Shown here: positions 48,825 through 61,447 of the stretch, piece by piece | Position numbering within the stretch: the first letter of the stretch is position 1 | Layout of the letters: each line of letters opens with the position of its first letter | From: Narcine bancroftii | Lineage: Eukaryota | Reading direction: 5' to 3' | Length of the DNA stretch: 64,000 bases | NCBI RefSeq assembly: GCF_036971445.1 | Contig: NC_091472.1 | Location: 81,530,001-81,594,000 of the forward strand | Made by a program: the position numbers and the translations under genes | Notes under the pieces: model-generated | What the model was told of the DNA's origin: nothing | What the model saw: the letters and a program-made list of their open reading frames with translations, nothing else | The model's database searches: none

Positions 48825-49149
48825 ACCCTGTGCAATGAAGCTTCAAAATTCAGCTCAGAGCCTTTGATTACATCCTGTCAGGTAGTCTAGCATTCTATCT
48901 TTGCTGTTGATGAGCAGAGCTCAATCAGATGCTGATGGAGGTGTTGAAGAGGATGGAGGAAATCGGGTCTCATTCCACTGAAGTCACCTCTCAGAATATT
49001 CGGAAGCAGGGAGTAAGGCCTGGATTGCCATGAAAATGAAGAAGTAATCTGCAACTTAAATTGAGGCTAGAACATAAAGAAAAGGCACTCTTACTGCCTT
49101 CCTCCCCTTCCTGGTACTTTTAACCAACTATTCTATATTACACCCACCA

Positions 49150-49640
49150 AGTTCACTCCTCCATTGGGCTCCATCTACCTTCATCTTTCCCCTAATGGTT
49201 CCCATTCCTTACTTCTCTTCTTTGTCTCTGTTCATCACTTTCCAGCAGCTGTCTCCTCCTTAACCCTGTACTCTCCCCTCCTTAACCCTGTACTCTCCCC
49301 TCCTTAACCCTGTACTCTCCCCTCCTGGTTCAATCTGCCCTATTTTATTGTCTGCTTCCACTCATCTCCCACCTGCCACTGCCTCCCAACTCCTTCCCTA
49401 CTTGGCTACATCTGCCCATCATGTTTCACCCTTCCTTGGCCCATCAATCACCCGCTACCACTGCTGTCTCCCCCTTCTCCTCTTCATACTGGCTATCTTC
49501 CACCTCATTTCTGATGCAGGGCCTCTGTGAAAGGTCAGTGACTCCTTTCCCCTCCCCACCACCCATCCCCACCTTCCTCAGCCCATTGGGTTTCTTCAGC
49601 AGTGTGCTTGTTTGCTCCAGATTCCACCACCTGCAGTCTC
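49150..49640 (+). mobile_element. Penelope-like terminal region with a 22-bp triplication at about 49256-49325
   Basis: CT-rich body containing (CTCCTTAACCCTGTACTCTCCC)x3 and ending TCTGATGCAGGGCC...TGCTCCAGATTCCACCACCTGCAGTCTCTTGTG. Confidence 0.6.
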
Positions 49641-50699
49641 TTGTGCCTTCATTTAAATTCTCAAGGTTTTTTTTGATGCTTCGTCCAACAAAGGTATCAT
49701 TCACTATGTGCAGGAGACCAAAAGTGAATATGTTTTTCTATATAAAACCACAAAAGTTATTATAGAAGAACAAGTTTTTTTTTGCTGTTTCAGTTAACAT
49801 GATAACTAAACAATACATTCTGGTTCTTTACGTTCTGTTGCTATTGTCTTTTAATACTGGCTGAGAAACTTCAGAGAATCATATTAAGTCTTTCATTTAA
49901 TGGAATTTAGTTCACAAACCCACAACCTTATGATTAGCCATGAACTGAACCAAATTTATCTGTATTGTATGACACTTACCAGTAGTGAGCTCATTCTCAC
50001 TCTGCGTCTGGATCTATTTGTAATCTACTTTTCTCATCTCAGGTCTTAACACTTACATAAATCCCCAGAGCTGTCCCCTATATGGTATAATCAGCTGTCA
50101 ATATGATTTAATAGTCTGCCTATGGAGTACCACTGGATTAAAGGATAACAAATATTGTAGAACTGGTTTTCAATTACAAGTATTCATTCAACCAAACCAC
50201 ACGAATAAAAGCTATCAGGACAAGAAACCAATCTAGTTCCAATGAGGAGGGGAAAAATTCTGCATTCAGCATGCACTCCATAATCAAACTGGAGCTAAAG
50301 AGCTCTTATAGTAATGGAGTAAATGATATATCACTGAGCTGAATAATAACTGCAAACATTTATCCATGAACAGGAGGTTTGGCAACCTTGGAAAGGTCAT
50401 CTGGTGAAGGGAAATTCATTTCATACTGTTCATATATTTCCTGGAGTGTTAGTCAAGAGGTAGTAGGTGTCCACTGTGGTTTAACTGGAAATTACATTCT
50501 GACCTGTCTCAAACCTAATGGTTTAATGATACAACAGTGATCCTCATATAGACTTCAAAACCTGGATTCCTGGAGCAAACATATCAAGATGTGGGGAAAA
50601 TGCCTCCAACTCTGCCTCTGCCAAATTCTCCCAATTCATTGGAAGGATAAGTGAGTTAACATCAGTGCCCTGACCCAGGCTAACATCCTCAGCACTCAG

Positions 50700-52440
50700 T
50701 TGGCTACACTAGACTGGCCACCTGATTTTCATGCACAGGAACAGACACCCAAAACAAACACTCTATTCTGAGAAAAGTATTCAGTGATGCACTCAAAGCT
50801 TCTCTGAAAGAATGCACAAAAATACTGCAGGAGCTGGGATCTTGAGGTGCAGGCAGCACCAATGGGTGGAAATGGTCAGTCAACATTTCAGGACAGATCC
50901 AGACCCTTTATCAAGTCTAAAGAAGGAAGGGGTGACATCAAGTATGTGGGTCTCAGCTAGAACTCCCAGTAATCATTCATTTCAATTCTCTCACCATTCT
51001 AGCCAGAAATGTCATCCATTTTACCAGAGTGAGGCCAATATAAACTTCAGGAACAAAACATCAAATTTTTCCTGTTCAGCTTGAGCCCAATTGTATGAAC
51101 ATCAATTTTCTAATTTTAATGAACTCTCACTTCCATCTCTTTCTTACCTACTTGAGTGGTTGAAGTAAAAGCACAATGCTGGAGAAACTCAGCAGGTTAA
51201 ACAGACCTGCAAATAGAGCAACAACAAACATACATAACCAATGTCTTGGGTTGGACCCCTTCATCAAGATATGGAAAAATGCTGGCAGGCATCTGAACAA
51301 CAATGTTCACTTCAACACTGAAGTGAAGCAAAACTTCACTTGTGTATCCACAGGAGTTATCTACTGCACTCTGTGCTCCCTTTGTGGCCTTCTCTGCATC
51401 GAAGAGACTGGTTGTAGACTGGGGGACCTTCGCTCTGTCCGCATCAGAGACAGGGATCTGCCAGTGGCCAACCATTTCAATACTGCATCCCACTCCCATA
51501 CTCACATGTCTCACCATGGCACCAATACCACCCGTAAATTGGAGGGATAACACTTAATTTTCCATCTGGTCACTCTCCAACCACGTGGTTTCTCCTGTTT
51601 CTGCTAATCTATTCTCCATTTTCCCTCCCTTACCTTTCCCCTTGTCTTCTTTCTCTTAGCTCTCTACACCCTTCCCTCTCCATTCACAGAGCTATCCCCC
51701 TCTCCTTGTTTGCTGGTGTGCCCTCCCTCCCTTATCCACTTGTTACCTCCTGTTTTTGGGGCTGTGTTCCTCCCCCCTACTATTATGCTCAGACTTCCAC
51801 TGACATTTTTCCATACCTTGATGAAGGGCTCAAGCCAGAAGCTTTGGATATGTATCTTTACCTTTGCTATTTAAAATACACTCTTTGACCTGTTGAGTTT
51901 CTCCACCATTGTGTTTTTATTTACCTACACCTGTTATTACTTTTCTTTCTAACTTACCCTCCCACCTTTCTCCACCTATCCCACGTTCTGCCAAATACCC
52001 TATCTCCCCTCATCCCCTCCTCAGCTTCTTCCCCCACTCTCTTTATATCCCACTTGATATGACCCCTTCCAACTTTATTCTCGATAACAGGTTCTGACGT
52101 GAAACATTGACTGAGCATTACCTCCCATGGATGTTGCCTGACCCGTTGAATTCCTCCAGCTTCTCAAAGCAACATCCCCACTGATCCCCATCAATTTCTG
52201 ACACATGACCTCTCATGGTGGAGGCAAAGCATTCAGGGTGGCATTGAGAACTTCATGGGCATGCAGCGGCAGCACTTGGAAACCCTCTATTGGAGGCAGA
52301 AGGAGTGGACCTCCTCACAAACTGCCCACCAGCAGACAACTCTTACCCCTTCCTCAGCTCCCATACTGGCCTCATAAGCTGCAGTAGAGCCCACCAAACC
52401 AGGGTGGAACCAAATCACCCTTGCTATTGAATGACTGTCT
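50700..52440 (+). mobile_element. old RTE 3' fragment split by a nested Penelope-like composite
   Basis: HPKQTLYSE and DALKASLKEC (to about 50816) continue as NIPTDP...HDLSWWRQSIQGGIENF from about 52170. Confidence 0.55.
51171..51925 (+). mobile_element. Penelope-like element with GIY-YIG remnant and inverted terminal repeats
   Basis: VKQNFTCVSTGVIYCTLCSLCGLLCIEETGCRLGD...VANHFN...RKLE is a degenerate GIY-YIG. 51171-51300 is an inverted copy of about 51785-51915. Confidence 0.88.
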
Positions 52441-53794
52441 AATATGGAAGAGGAAGAGGAGCAGGAACGATTAGAATACACAATCTAGATGGATGCTCCT
52501 GGTGCAGTGCTTAATGAATGATCCATCTCAAAAGTGCATTTGGAGGATATATAGATCCTACCATACTATTCTGAAAGAGGGTGGGATGAAATCAGATCTT
52601 GTTAGTCTTCCAGTCAATTTCCCTCCATAATTATCACACTATTGTTTATAAGAATTTATGTTTTCTCCATTCAAACAAAACTTCTTTGGGATGGCCCAAG
52701 GTAGTGAGAGGCAACATTTAAATAAAAATTTTACCTTATTTTAATGCTTGGTTGAATAATCTTTTGATTCTTTACTTGTTCCATTTCTGATCACTCCTTG
52801 CTCCTTCTGTCATTTTATGAGTGATTCCTTTTGATTATTTCCTCTCTCACTCTCTTCTACTGTATTTTAGAAATGAAGGGCCTGAAACAGTCTAACTCAT
52901 CGACTGTTCTCCAAAGTTGTATTTGCAGAGAAATGTGCATTTGTCGATGATGATTCAGTGGGGAACATAGGGAATCTGCACTCTGCCACATTGAGTCTTG
53001 CACGTTGAGGTGGGGTGAAGTTATCAGCCAGTATTTTTTTTTTGCTTGCCTCACAGCTCATGGTCTAAGTAGGAAAACAAATCAGGCTGTTACCTTTACA
53101 AGCAAACCTAATTCCTGCTCATAATTGGTATAACGTGACTGTCCCAACCTCTTATTTCATGTATTTTTAAAATATTTATATTTTGATCATTTCCATTGAT
53201 TTTGGTTCATGGCGATGGTTTGAAATGTACAACACTAATGCTTATTAGTACCTCTTTTCATGTGCATTTAGAAAATTCAGATTACTCACAGAAAGATTAC
53301 ATCCCAAAATTTTTAAATATTATAACTTTTAAGTATCAAAGACAGTTTGCAATCAAAGAGTGCTACTAAACTTATAAGTTAGTCAGACAGGACATGCACA
53401 AGTTGGGGATCGGGGCCACAACTTTGCTGAGGCATATACTCAGCTGCTAATACAGGTACATACCCTTCCAAAAGCCAGAAAATTGCGAAAGCATAACACA
53501 GCAACACTGGATGTTGGGTTAAGGGGATGGACAGTAGAGAATCTCTTCCTTTGGACCCATGTTACATGTCCACACTAGTTCTTTTACCACTCTCTTACAC
53601 TTTGCTCCACATTCTTTTTGCCATGTCAGTACTCCTGCTTTGCAGTATCTCAATCCCCCCCTTGCCCCATTCATGCCTCCAGGAGGATACTTCAAACTTA
53701 CCTGGTGAAGAATCGGAATCTTGCTTTTCCCAGGACTTGTACAACTGCAAGGTTTCATTCAGAAGCTGAAGTACCATTTGTTAAATACTGTAAG

Positions 53795-54012
53795 TGCTTG
53801 GTGAATACGCAATGCCATTACAGCACCAGTAACCTGGGTTTGAATCCAGTGCTGTCTGTAAGGAGTTTGTACATTCTCCGCACGTCTTTGTGGGTTTCTT
53901 CTGTTGCTTCGGTTTTCCCTCACTCACGTACAGGGTTTATAGGATAGTTGGTGTATTTGGGGCAGCACGGGTTCGGGGGTCAGAATTCCTGGAACTGTGT
54001 TGTTCCTCTAAA
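53795..54012 (+). mobile_element. V-SINE/HE1-like SINE
   Basis: CCTGGGTTTGAATCCAGTGCTGTCTGTAAGGAGTTTGTACATTCTCC...GTGGGTTTC matches the 47680 copy. Confidence 0.85.
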
Positions 54013-54729
54013 TTAAATTTTTTAAATTAAAATAATCTAGATATTGAGAGTTATGCCATTTAAGCAGGTCAGATAATACTTGCAGTGAATGGTGAGCATC
54101 AAAGACAAAGCATTATAGCCAGAATGGCTTTCATTCATTGTCAAATGCTAGATCGCCCTGGTGGCAAATTAAGCATCCCAAAAGGAATCACTAAATTGGA
54201 ACATCCTTGCTTCAAGATATCATTCCGTTTTGCTGCATTGGAAGCTGACTTTACTCACAGTCACACTCTCATCACTGTTAAGGGGAATTTATGGCAGCCA
54301 CACACTGATCTCTGGGCCAAAAATCCAAAAGGCAATACACTAATAAACAACATGAGGCAGTAAGTAAAAATAAAATCCACATATCTTAGTCATGTGTGAT
54401 TCACAATTTACTGCATGACTTATTCTTTGAACAACTAAGTTTGTAGGTCAGGCCTTTTTCACCCAAGTTCTGGTAAGTCAAAATTGTGAACGGTGCATGT
54501 CTATGGAATAACCATTTATACAAAACACAGCAGGGAAATGGTGTCCAGAATCAGGTTGAAAAATGCTTCCCATATGGAATTTGCCCGCAAGATATTTATT
54601 TTCTCAAATATGCAGCATATATTTTTACATCAGAGTTAACCAAAGTTATTGACATCAACCAAAATAAACAGCTCGAACCAAATATGTCACAGATAATGAA
54701 ACACTGACACTAAATATGTTGGTTGAAAC

Positions 54730-56097
54730 ATTCCAACTACCTGGAGGGTTCACAGACATTTTTAACCTCTCATTGCTGCAGTCAGAGGTTCTCCCAGTAC
54801 CCAAGAAGAGCAGAGGGATCTGCCTCAATGACTATTGGTCAGTAGCACTAACTTCTACTGTGATAAAAGGCTTTGAGAGGCTGGTCATGGCCAGAATTAA
54901 CACATCCCTAAGCAGAGCCTGGACCCACTGCAATTCACCAATTGTCACAATTGCTCCACAGCAGACACAATATCACTGGCTCCCCACTCAGCTCTGAATC
55001 ATCTTGAAAACAGCAACCCATACATACGGCTGCTCTTCATTGACTATAGCTCAGCCTTCAACACCATTATTCCCTCAGTGATGGTCAGAAGCTCCAAACC
55101 CTGGGTCACTGCACCCACATCTGCAAGTGGATCCTTGACTTTCTCATCCGAAGACCACAATCATTACAAGTTAGAAACAATCTCTCCTCCTCACTGACTA
55201 TCGGCACAGGTGCACCTCAAGGATGCGTGCTTAGCCCATTATATACTTAACTCACTATACATCCATGACTGTGAGGCCAGGCACAATCTCAATGCTATCT
55301 ATAATTTTGCTGATGACACCACCGATATCAGCAAAATCAAATGACAATGAGGAAATGTACAGAAGGGAGATAGATCTGCTCATTGAGTGATGTCAAACCA
55401 ACAACATTGCGCTCAATATTAGCAAAATTAAGGAGATAATTGTGCACTTCAAGAGGAAGTCAGGAGAATATGATCCAATCCTCATCGAGGGCTCAGTAGT
55501 GGAGAGGGTCAAGAACTTCACATTCCTGGGTCTCAATGTCTCCGAGGATCTGGCCTACATCCTCGATGTCGATGCAGCAGCTATACCTTGTGAAGTGTTT
55601 GAAGAGATTCGGTATGTCACCAAAGACTCTCGAAAACCTCTACAGGTGTACTATGGACAACAATCTAGCTGGTTGCACTGTCTGGTACGGAGATGCCAAT
55701 GGTCAGGACAAGAAAAAATTCTAGAGGGTTGTTAACTCAGGCTGTGACATTATGGGCACCTGACCACTCCATCAAGGACATGTACAAGAGGTAGTGACTT
55801 CAGAAAGCAGCCTGTATCCTCAAGGACCCACCACCACTCAGGCCATGCCCTCTTCACTCTGCTACCATCTTCAGGAACCTGAAGATGAGCACTCAGCTAC
55901 ACAAGAACAGCTTCTTCTCAGCTGTCATCAGATTCCTGAATGATAATTGAACTGAAGACACTGCCTTACTTTGACTTTTCATGCTCTATTTTCATTTTTT
56001 TTTTGGTAAAGTGGTTTATACGAATGTTTACACTGTGACGCTGCCGCAAAACAACAATTTTTTGTGACTTGTTCAGGGCAATAAATTCTGAATCTGA
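54730..56097 (+). mobile_element. Rex1/Babar-type LINE, 5'-truncated and decayed
   Basis: [52 protein letters not shown]. The tail is AATAAATTCTGAATCTGA. Confidence 0.88.
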
Positions 56098-58389
56098 TTG
56101 AAATATTTTTGGAGATTTAGTATATCTATTGGACATAGATTGCTCTTCTTTTTTTTCTTTGGCTTGGCTTCGCGGACGAAGCTGCAGGCTCGTTTGTGGC
56201 TGACAATGCCGATGCGGGACAGGCAGACACGATTGCAGCGGTTGCAGGGGAAAATTGGTTGGTTGAGGTTGGGTGTTGGGTTTTTCCTCCTTTGCCTTTT
56301 GTCAGTGAGGTGGGCTCTGCGGTCTTCTTCAAAGGAGGTTGCTGCCCGCCAAACTGTGAGGCGCCAAGATGCACGGTTTGAGGCGTTATCAGCCCACTGG
56401 CGGTGGTCAATGTGGCAGGCACCAAGAGATTTCTTTAGGCAGTCCTTGTACCTTTTCTTTGGTGCACCTCTGTCACGGTGGCCAGTGGAGAGCTCGCCAT
56501 ATAACAGGATCTTGGGAAGGCGATGGTCCTCCATTCTGGAGACGTGACCCATCCAGCGCAGCTGGATCTTCAGCAGCGTGGACTCGATGCTGTCGACCTC
56601 TGCCATCTCGAGTACTTCGACGTTAGGGGTGTAAGCGCTCCAATGGATGTTGAGGATGGAGCGGAGACAACGCTGGTGGAAGCGTTCTAGGAGCCGTAGG
56701 TGGTGCCGGTAGAGGACCCATGATTCGGAGCTGAACAGGAGTGTGGGTATGACAACGGCTCTGTATACGCTTATCTTTGTGAGGTTTTTCAGTTGGTTGT
56801 TTTTCCAGACTCTTTTGTGTAGTCTTCCAAAGGCGCTATTTGCCTTGGCGAGTCTGTTGTCTATCTCATTGTCGATCCTTGCATCTGATGAAATGGTGCA
56901 GCCGAGATAGGTAAACTGGTTGACCGTTTTGAGTTTTGTGTGCCCGATGGAGATGTGGGGGGGATGGTAATCATGGTGGGGAGCTGGCTGATGGAGGACC
57001 TCAGTTTTCTTCAGGCTGACTTCCAGGCCAAACATTTTGGCAGTTTCCGCAAAGCAGGACGTCAAGCGCTGAAGAGCTGGCTCTGAATGGGCAACTAAAG
57101 CGGCATCATCTGCAAAGAGTAGTTCACGGACAAGTTTCTCTTGTGTCTTGGTGTGAGCTTGCAGGCGCCTCAGATTGAAGAGACTGCCATCCGTGCGGTA
57201 CCGGATGTAAACAGCGTCTTCATTGTTGGGGTCTTTCATGGCTTGGTTCAGCATCATGCTGAAGAAGATTGAAAAGAGGGTTGGTGCGAGAACACAGCCT
57301 TGCTTCACGCCATTGTTAATGGAGAAGGGTTCAGAGAGCTCATTGCTGTATCTGACCCGACCTTGTTGGTTTTCGTGCAGTTGGATAATCATGTTGAGGA
57401 ACTTTGGGGGACATCCGATGTGCTCTAGTATTTGCCAAAGCCCTTTCCTGCTCACGGTGTCGAAGGCTTTGGTGAGGTCAACAAAGGTGATGTAGAGTCC
57501 TTTGTTTTGTTCTCTGCACTTTTCTTGGAGCTGTCTGAGGGCAAAGACCATGTCAGTAGTTCCTCTGCTTGCGCGAAAGCCGCACTGTGATTCTGGGAGA
57601 ATATTCTCGGCGACACTAGGTATTATTCTATTTAGTAGAATCCTAGCGAAGATTTTGCCTGCAATGGAGAGCAACGTGATTCCCCTGTAGTTTGAGCAGT
57701 CTGATTTCTCGCCTTTGTTTTTGTACAAGGTGATGATGGTGGCATCACGAAGATCCTGAGGCAGTTTACCTTGGTCCCAACAAAGCTTGAAAAACTCATG
57801 CAGTTTGGCATGCAGAGTTTTGCCGCCAGCCTTCCAGACTTCTGGGGGGATTCCATCCATACCTGCTGCTTTGCCACTTTTCAGTTGTTCGATTGCCTTA
57901 TATGTCTCATCCAGGGTGGGAACCTCATCCAGCTCTAGCCTTAGGGGCTGTTGAGGGAGCTGGAGCAGGGCGGAATCTTGGACTGAGCGGTTGGCACTGA
58001 AAAGAGATTGGAAGTGTTCTGACCATCGGTTGAGGATGGAGATCTTGTCGCTGAGGAGGACTTTGCCGTCTGAGCTGCGCAGCGGGCTTTGGACTTGGGG
58101 TGAGGGGCCATACACAGCCTTTAGAGCCTCGTAGAAACCCCTGAAGTCGCCAATGTCCGCGCTGAGCTGGGTTCGTTTGGCGAGGCTAGTCCACCACTCA
58201 TTTTGGATCTCCCGGAGTTTGCGCTGAAGATGGCTGCATGCGCGACGGAAGGCTTGTTTCTTCTCTGGACAGGACGGCTTTGTAAGGTGAGCCTGGTGGG
58301 CAGCTCGCTTCTTTGCCAGCAGCTCCTGGATTTCCTGGCTGTTTTCGTCAAACCAGTCCTTGTTTTTCCTGGAGGAGAAGCCCAGTACC
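56073..58389 (-). CDS. RTE reverse transcriptase (frame open from the truncation point; 680 aa ORF called from 58115)
   Basis: KAAGMDGIP, NYRGITLLS, QCGFR, FVDLTKAFD, GVKQGCVLAP, LLFADD, FTYLG and a C-terminal CxxC. Upstream in frame: VLGFSSRKNKDWFDEN. The endonuclease is absent. Confidence 0.93.
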
Positions 58390-58415
58390 TTTAGATTTAG
58401 ATTTAAATTTAAATT
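56147..58415 (-). mobile_element. young 5'-truncated RTE LINE
   Basis: 11-bp TSD TAGATTGCTCT (56136-56146, 58416-58426). Open RT frame, GC-rich with CpGs retained. Confidence 0.97.
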
Positions 58416-59889
58416 TAGATTGCTCTAAATTTATATAAATAGTACAAGCTCTAACTTGAACTCTTCCACGTCCTATGATATGGATCATTCAAAGGATGTT
58501 TATCTTCAGAGAACCAATTTACAAAAACATTTAGTACAGTATGGATGTGACTTGAGGCATTTCATTACAATTGAATAGGGTTGTATAACCTATTTACCCT
58601 ATTAATCTTGAGTCCAGCGGCGGTGAAATACAGAATGGTATGCATGCTGTTCCTTCAGTCCCTATAGATGCAATTATTGACATATGCCAAAGAAACAGGG
58701 AAATATGAGTTATAAAATCAGCTTTTGGTCCGTCTCCTATTTTCCATAAATTTTTATCATACAAACCCTACTGTGCCTCAATCCCATTCAGATAACAACT
58801 CTGTACTTCCTAAGGAATACTAACTGGCAGGTTTTTTTTCTCTCTCACCTTTCTCATGATCCTTCTTAAAAATAACTTATTTAATCAATCTTTAGTTTTG
58901 CTGTCCTATCCTCTCTAGCTCAGAGAGAATTTTTATCCGTTCTTTTCTGAAAAGTTTTGGGGACATTCTACTGCAGTAAAATCCCATAAAATGATTTTGT
59001 ATTATTGGGATAATTTTATCAGGACTGTCATTTGGAAGGTCATGGCAGTGATAAGCTCTCAATGTACTGATGCAAGCTGCTGCTTGAAATACTCCAGATT
59101 GCTTCCCTTCAATGGTTTGATCTTTTTCGTAAATTGCTAAACCTCACCAATGGCAAAGAAGATTAAAACTGATTGACTACGTTTGATGCCGCCAAGCTAT
59201 TTGTCAAACAACTATCTTGGAGCACTTTCCCCCTTCTTCCGCACAGTGATTACTGCAAGGATCAAAATTCGGCTCTTTTGTGGCTTAAAGAATCATAAGG
59301 TTTTGTTTTCTTTTGGCAGGGGCAAGATTTTCCAAAATTCTTGTCATTTCTTTAAAGATTCTGTGACAATCAAGTGAATATTGTGGTTTCCTCTTTGGCT
59401 TTAAGCAGCTGTACTTTCCCTGCAATCATATCTTTAAAAAATGTTGGCAGCATTCTTCCCTTCCCAAAAGCTTTCCTAATTTCAATGTTCCTAACTGTTC
59501 CTTGAAAATACATCTTTTTTTTGACAATGAACATGCGATGGCTACTATTCTCCAAAAGTTCAGTTCTAGGCTCAGCTGCACAATATCCTTCTAATGCCCA
59601 CCATCTTCATTAAAGCAACAAATTGGCCCTGCTTTAAATTCCTTATTCATCAGAAAGTCACTGAGCAACCTAAGAATGCATACCGTAAAATCCCCATTAT
59701 CCGGCACCTATGCAGATGTTGGATATTCGATGTTTCCGTTTGACTGAGACTCACTCTTCCAAAGCCAATACACCTGAATTAGGAACACACAGTTTAAAAG
59801 ACAGTGAAAATATAAAGTATTATGAAAAAAAATCAGTTTGTAGCCTTTAATTATGTCAACTTTAATCAGATAATTCCCATAACTTACAA

Positions 59890-59961
59890 AATTTAAATTC
59901 GAACCCCGGTTGCTGGCGCTGTAATAGTGTTGCACTATCCGTTATGTTAACCTTGCCGCCG
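59890..59961 (-). mobile_element. SINE 5' tRNA-like head fragment
   Basis: Minus strand GGCGGCAAGGTTAAC...ACTATTACAGCGCCAGCAACCGGGGTTCGAAT matches the SINE heads at 47870-47910 and 53800-53850. Confidence 0.65.
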
Positions 59962-60238
59962 TCATACATAGCCCTCTCCCCTCGCACTGACAATCCAACC
60001 CACCTCCACGCCAGTGTCCTGGTCAGACCCTCGGTGCCACCCATTTCAACTCCATTTAATTGTCCTGCTCAGTCCCTCAGCTTCCGTTCCTTTATACTTG
60101 AACTCCATTCTTGAGCATTGTAACAACACTGTGCTTGCCCCTATGTTGTCTATGTTGTCCATCAAATTAACCCCCCCCTTCCCCAAAGTTTTATGATAAA
60201 GCCAAATCACTAAATTTAATAATATACTAATAAAGATA

Positions 60239-61447
60239 ATCTCTTTGTCGATCCTTGCATCAGATGAAATGGTGCAGCCGAGGTAGGTAAACTGGCTGAC
60301 TGTTTTGAGTTCTGTGTGCCCGATGGAGATGTGGGGGGGCTGGTAGTCATGGTGGGCAGCTGGCTGATGGAGGACCTCAGTTTTCTTCAGGCTGACTTCC
60401 AGGCCAAACATTTTGGCAGTTTCCACAAAACAGGACATCATGCGCTGGAGAGCTGGCTCTGAATGGGCAACTAAAGCGGCATCGTCTGCAAAGAGTAGTT
60501 CACGGACAAGTTGCTCTTGTGTCTTGGTGTGAGCTTGCAGGCACCTCAGATTGAAGAGATTGCCATCCGTGCGGTACCGGATGTAAACAGCATCTTCATT
60601 GTTGAGGTCTTTCATGGCTTGTTTCAGCATCATGATGAAGAAAATAGTAAAGAGGGTTGGTGTGAGGACGCAGCCTTGCTTCACACCGTTGTTCATGGAG
60701 AAGGGTTCGGAGAGCTCATTTCTGTATCTGACCCGACCTTGTTGGTTTTCGTGCAGTTGGCAGACTCGCCAAGGCAAATAGCGCCTTTGGAAGACTACAC
60801 AAAAGAGTCTGGAAAAACAATCACCTGAAGAAACACACAAAGATCAGCGTGTAAAGAGCCATTGTCATACCCACGCTCCTGTTCGGCTCCGAATCATGGG
60901 TCCTCTACCGGCATCACCTACGGCTCCTAGAACTCTTCCATTAAGCGCTGTCTCCGCTCCATCCTCAACATTCATTGGATTGACTTCATCACCAATATCG
61001 AAGTACTCGAGCTGGCAGAGTCCGCAAGCATCGAATCCACGCTGCTGATGACCCAACTGCGCTGGGTGGGTCACGTCTCCAGAATCGTGTTATATGACGA
61101 GCTCTCCACTGGCCACCGAGACAGAGGTGCACCAAAGAAGAGGTACAAGAACTGCTTAAAGAAATCTCTTTGCTGCCTGCCACATTGACCACCGCCAGTG
61201 GGCTGTTATCACCTCCAACTGTGCATCTTTGAGCCTCACAGTTTGGCGGGCAGCAACCTCCTTTGAAGAAGACCGTAGAGCCCACCTCACTGACAAAAGA
61301 CAAAGGAGGAAAATCCAACACCCAACCCCAACCAACCAATTTTCCCCTGCAACCATGTCTGCCTGTCCCGCATCGGACTTGTCAGTCACCAACGAGCCTG
61401 CAGCAGACGTGGACATACCCCTCCATAAATCTTCGTCCGCGAAGCCA
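60239..61447. mobile_element. RTE LINE with 5' inversion (60239-60760 minus, 60761-61447 plus)
   Basis: The minus part runs QLHENQQG...DARIDKEI. The plus part resumes at RLAKANSA and runs to the 3' UTR. Same family as the 56147 copy. Confidence 0.95.

Noticed and set aside
59890-59961. tRNA-like sequence with GGTTCGAAT
   Set aside because: It matches the SINE heads elsewhere in the window and has no complete cloverleaf.
60046-60840. 264-aa RT ORF with unique N- and C-termini
   Set aside because: The termini are read-through from the inversion junction and flanking DNA; it is not a domesticated gene on present evidence.
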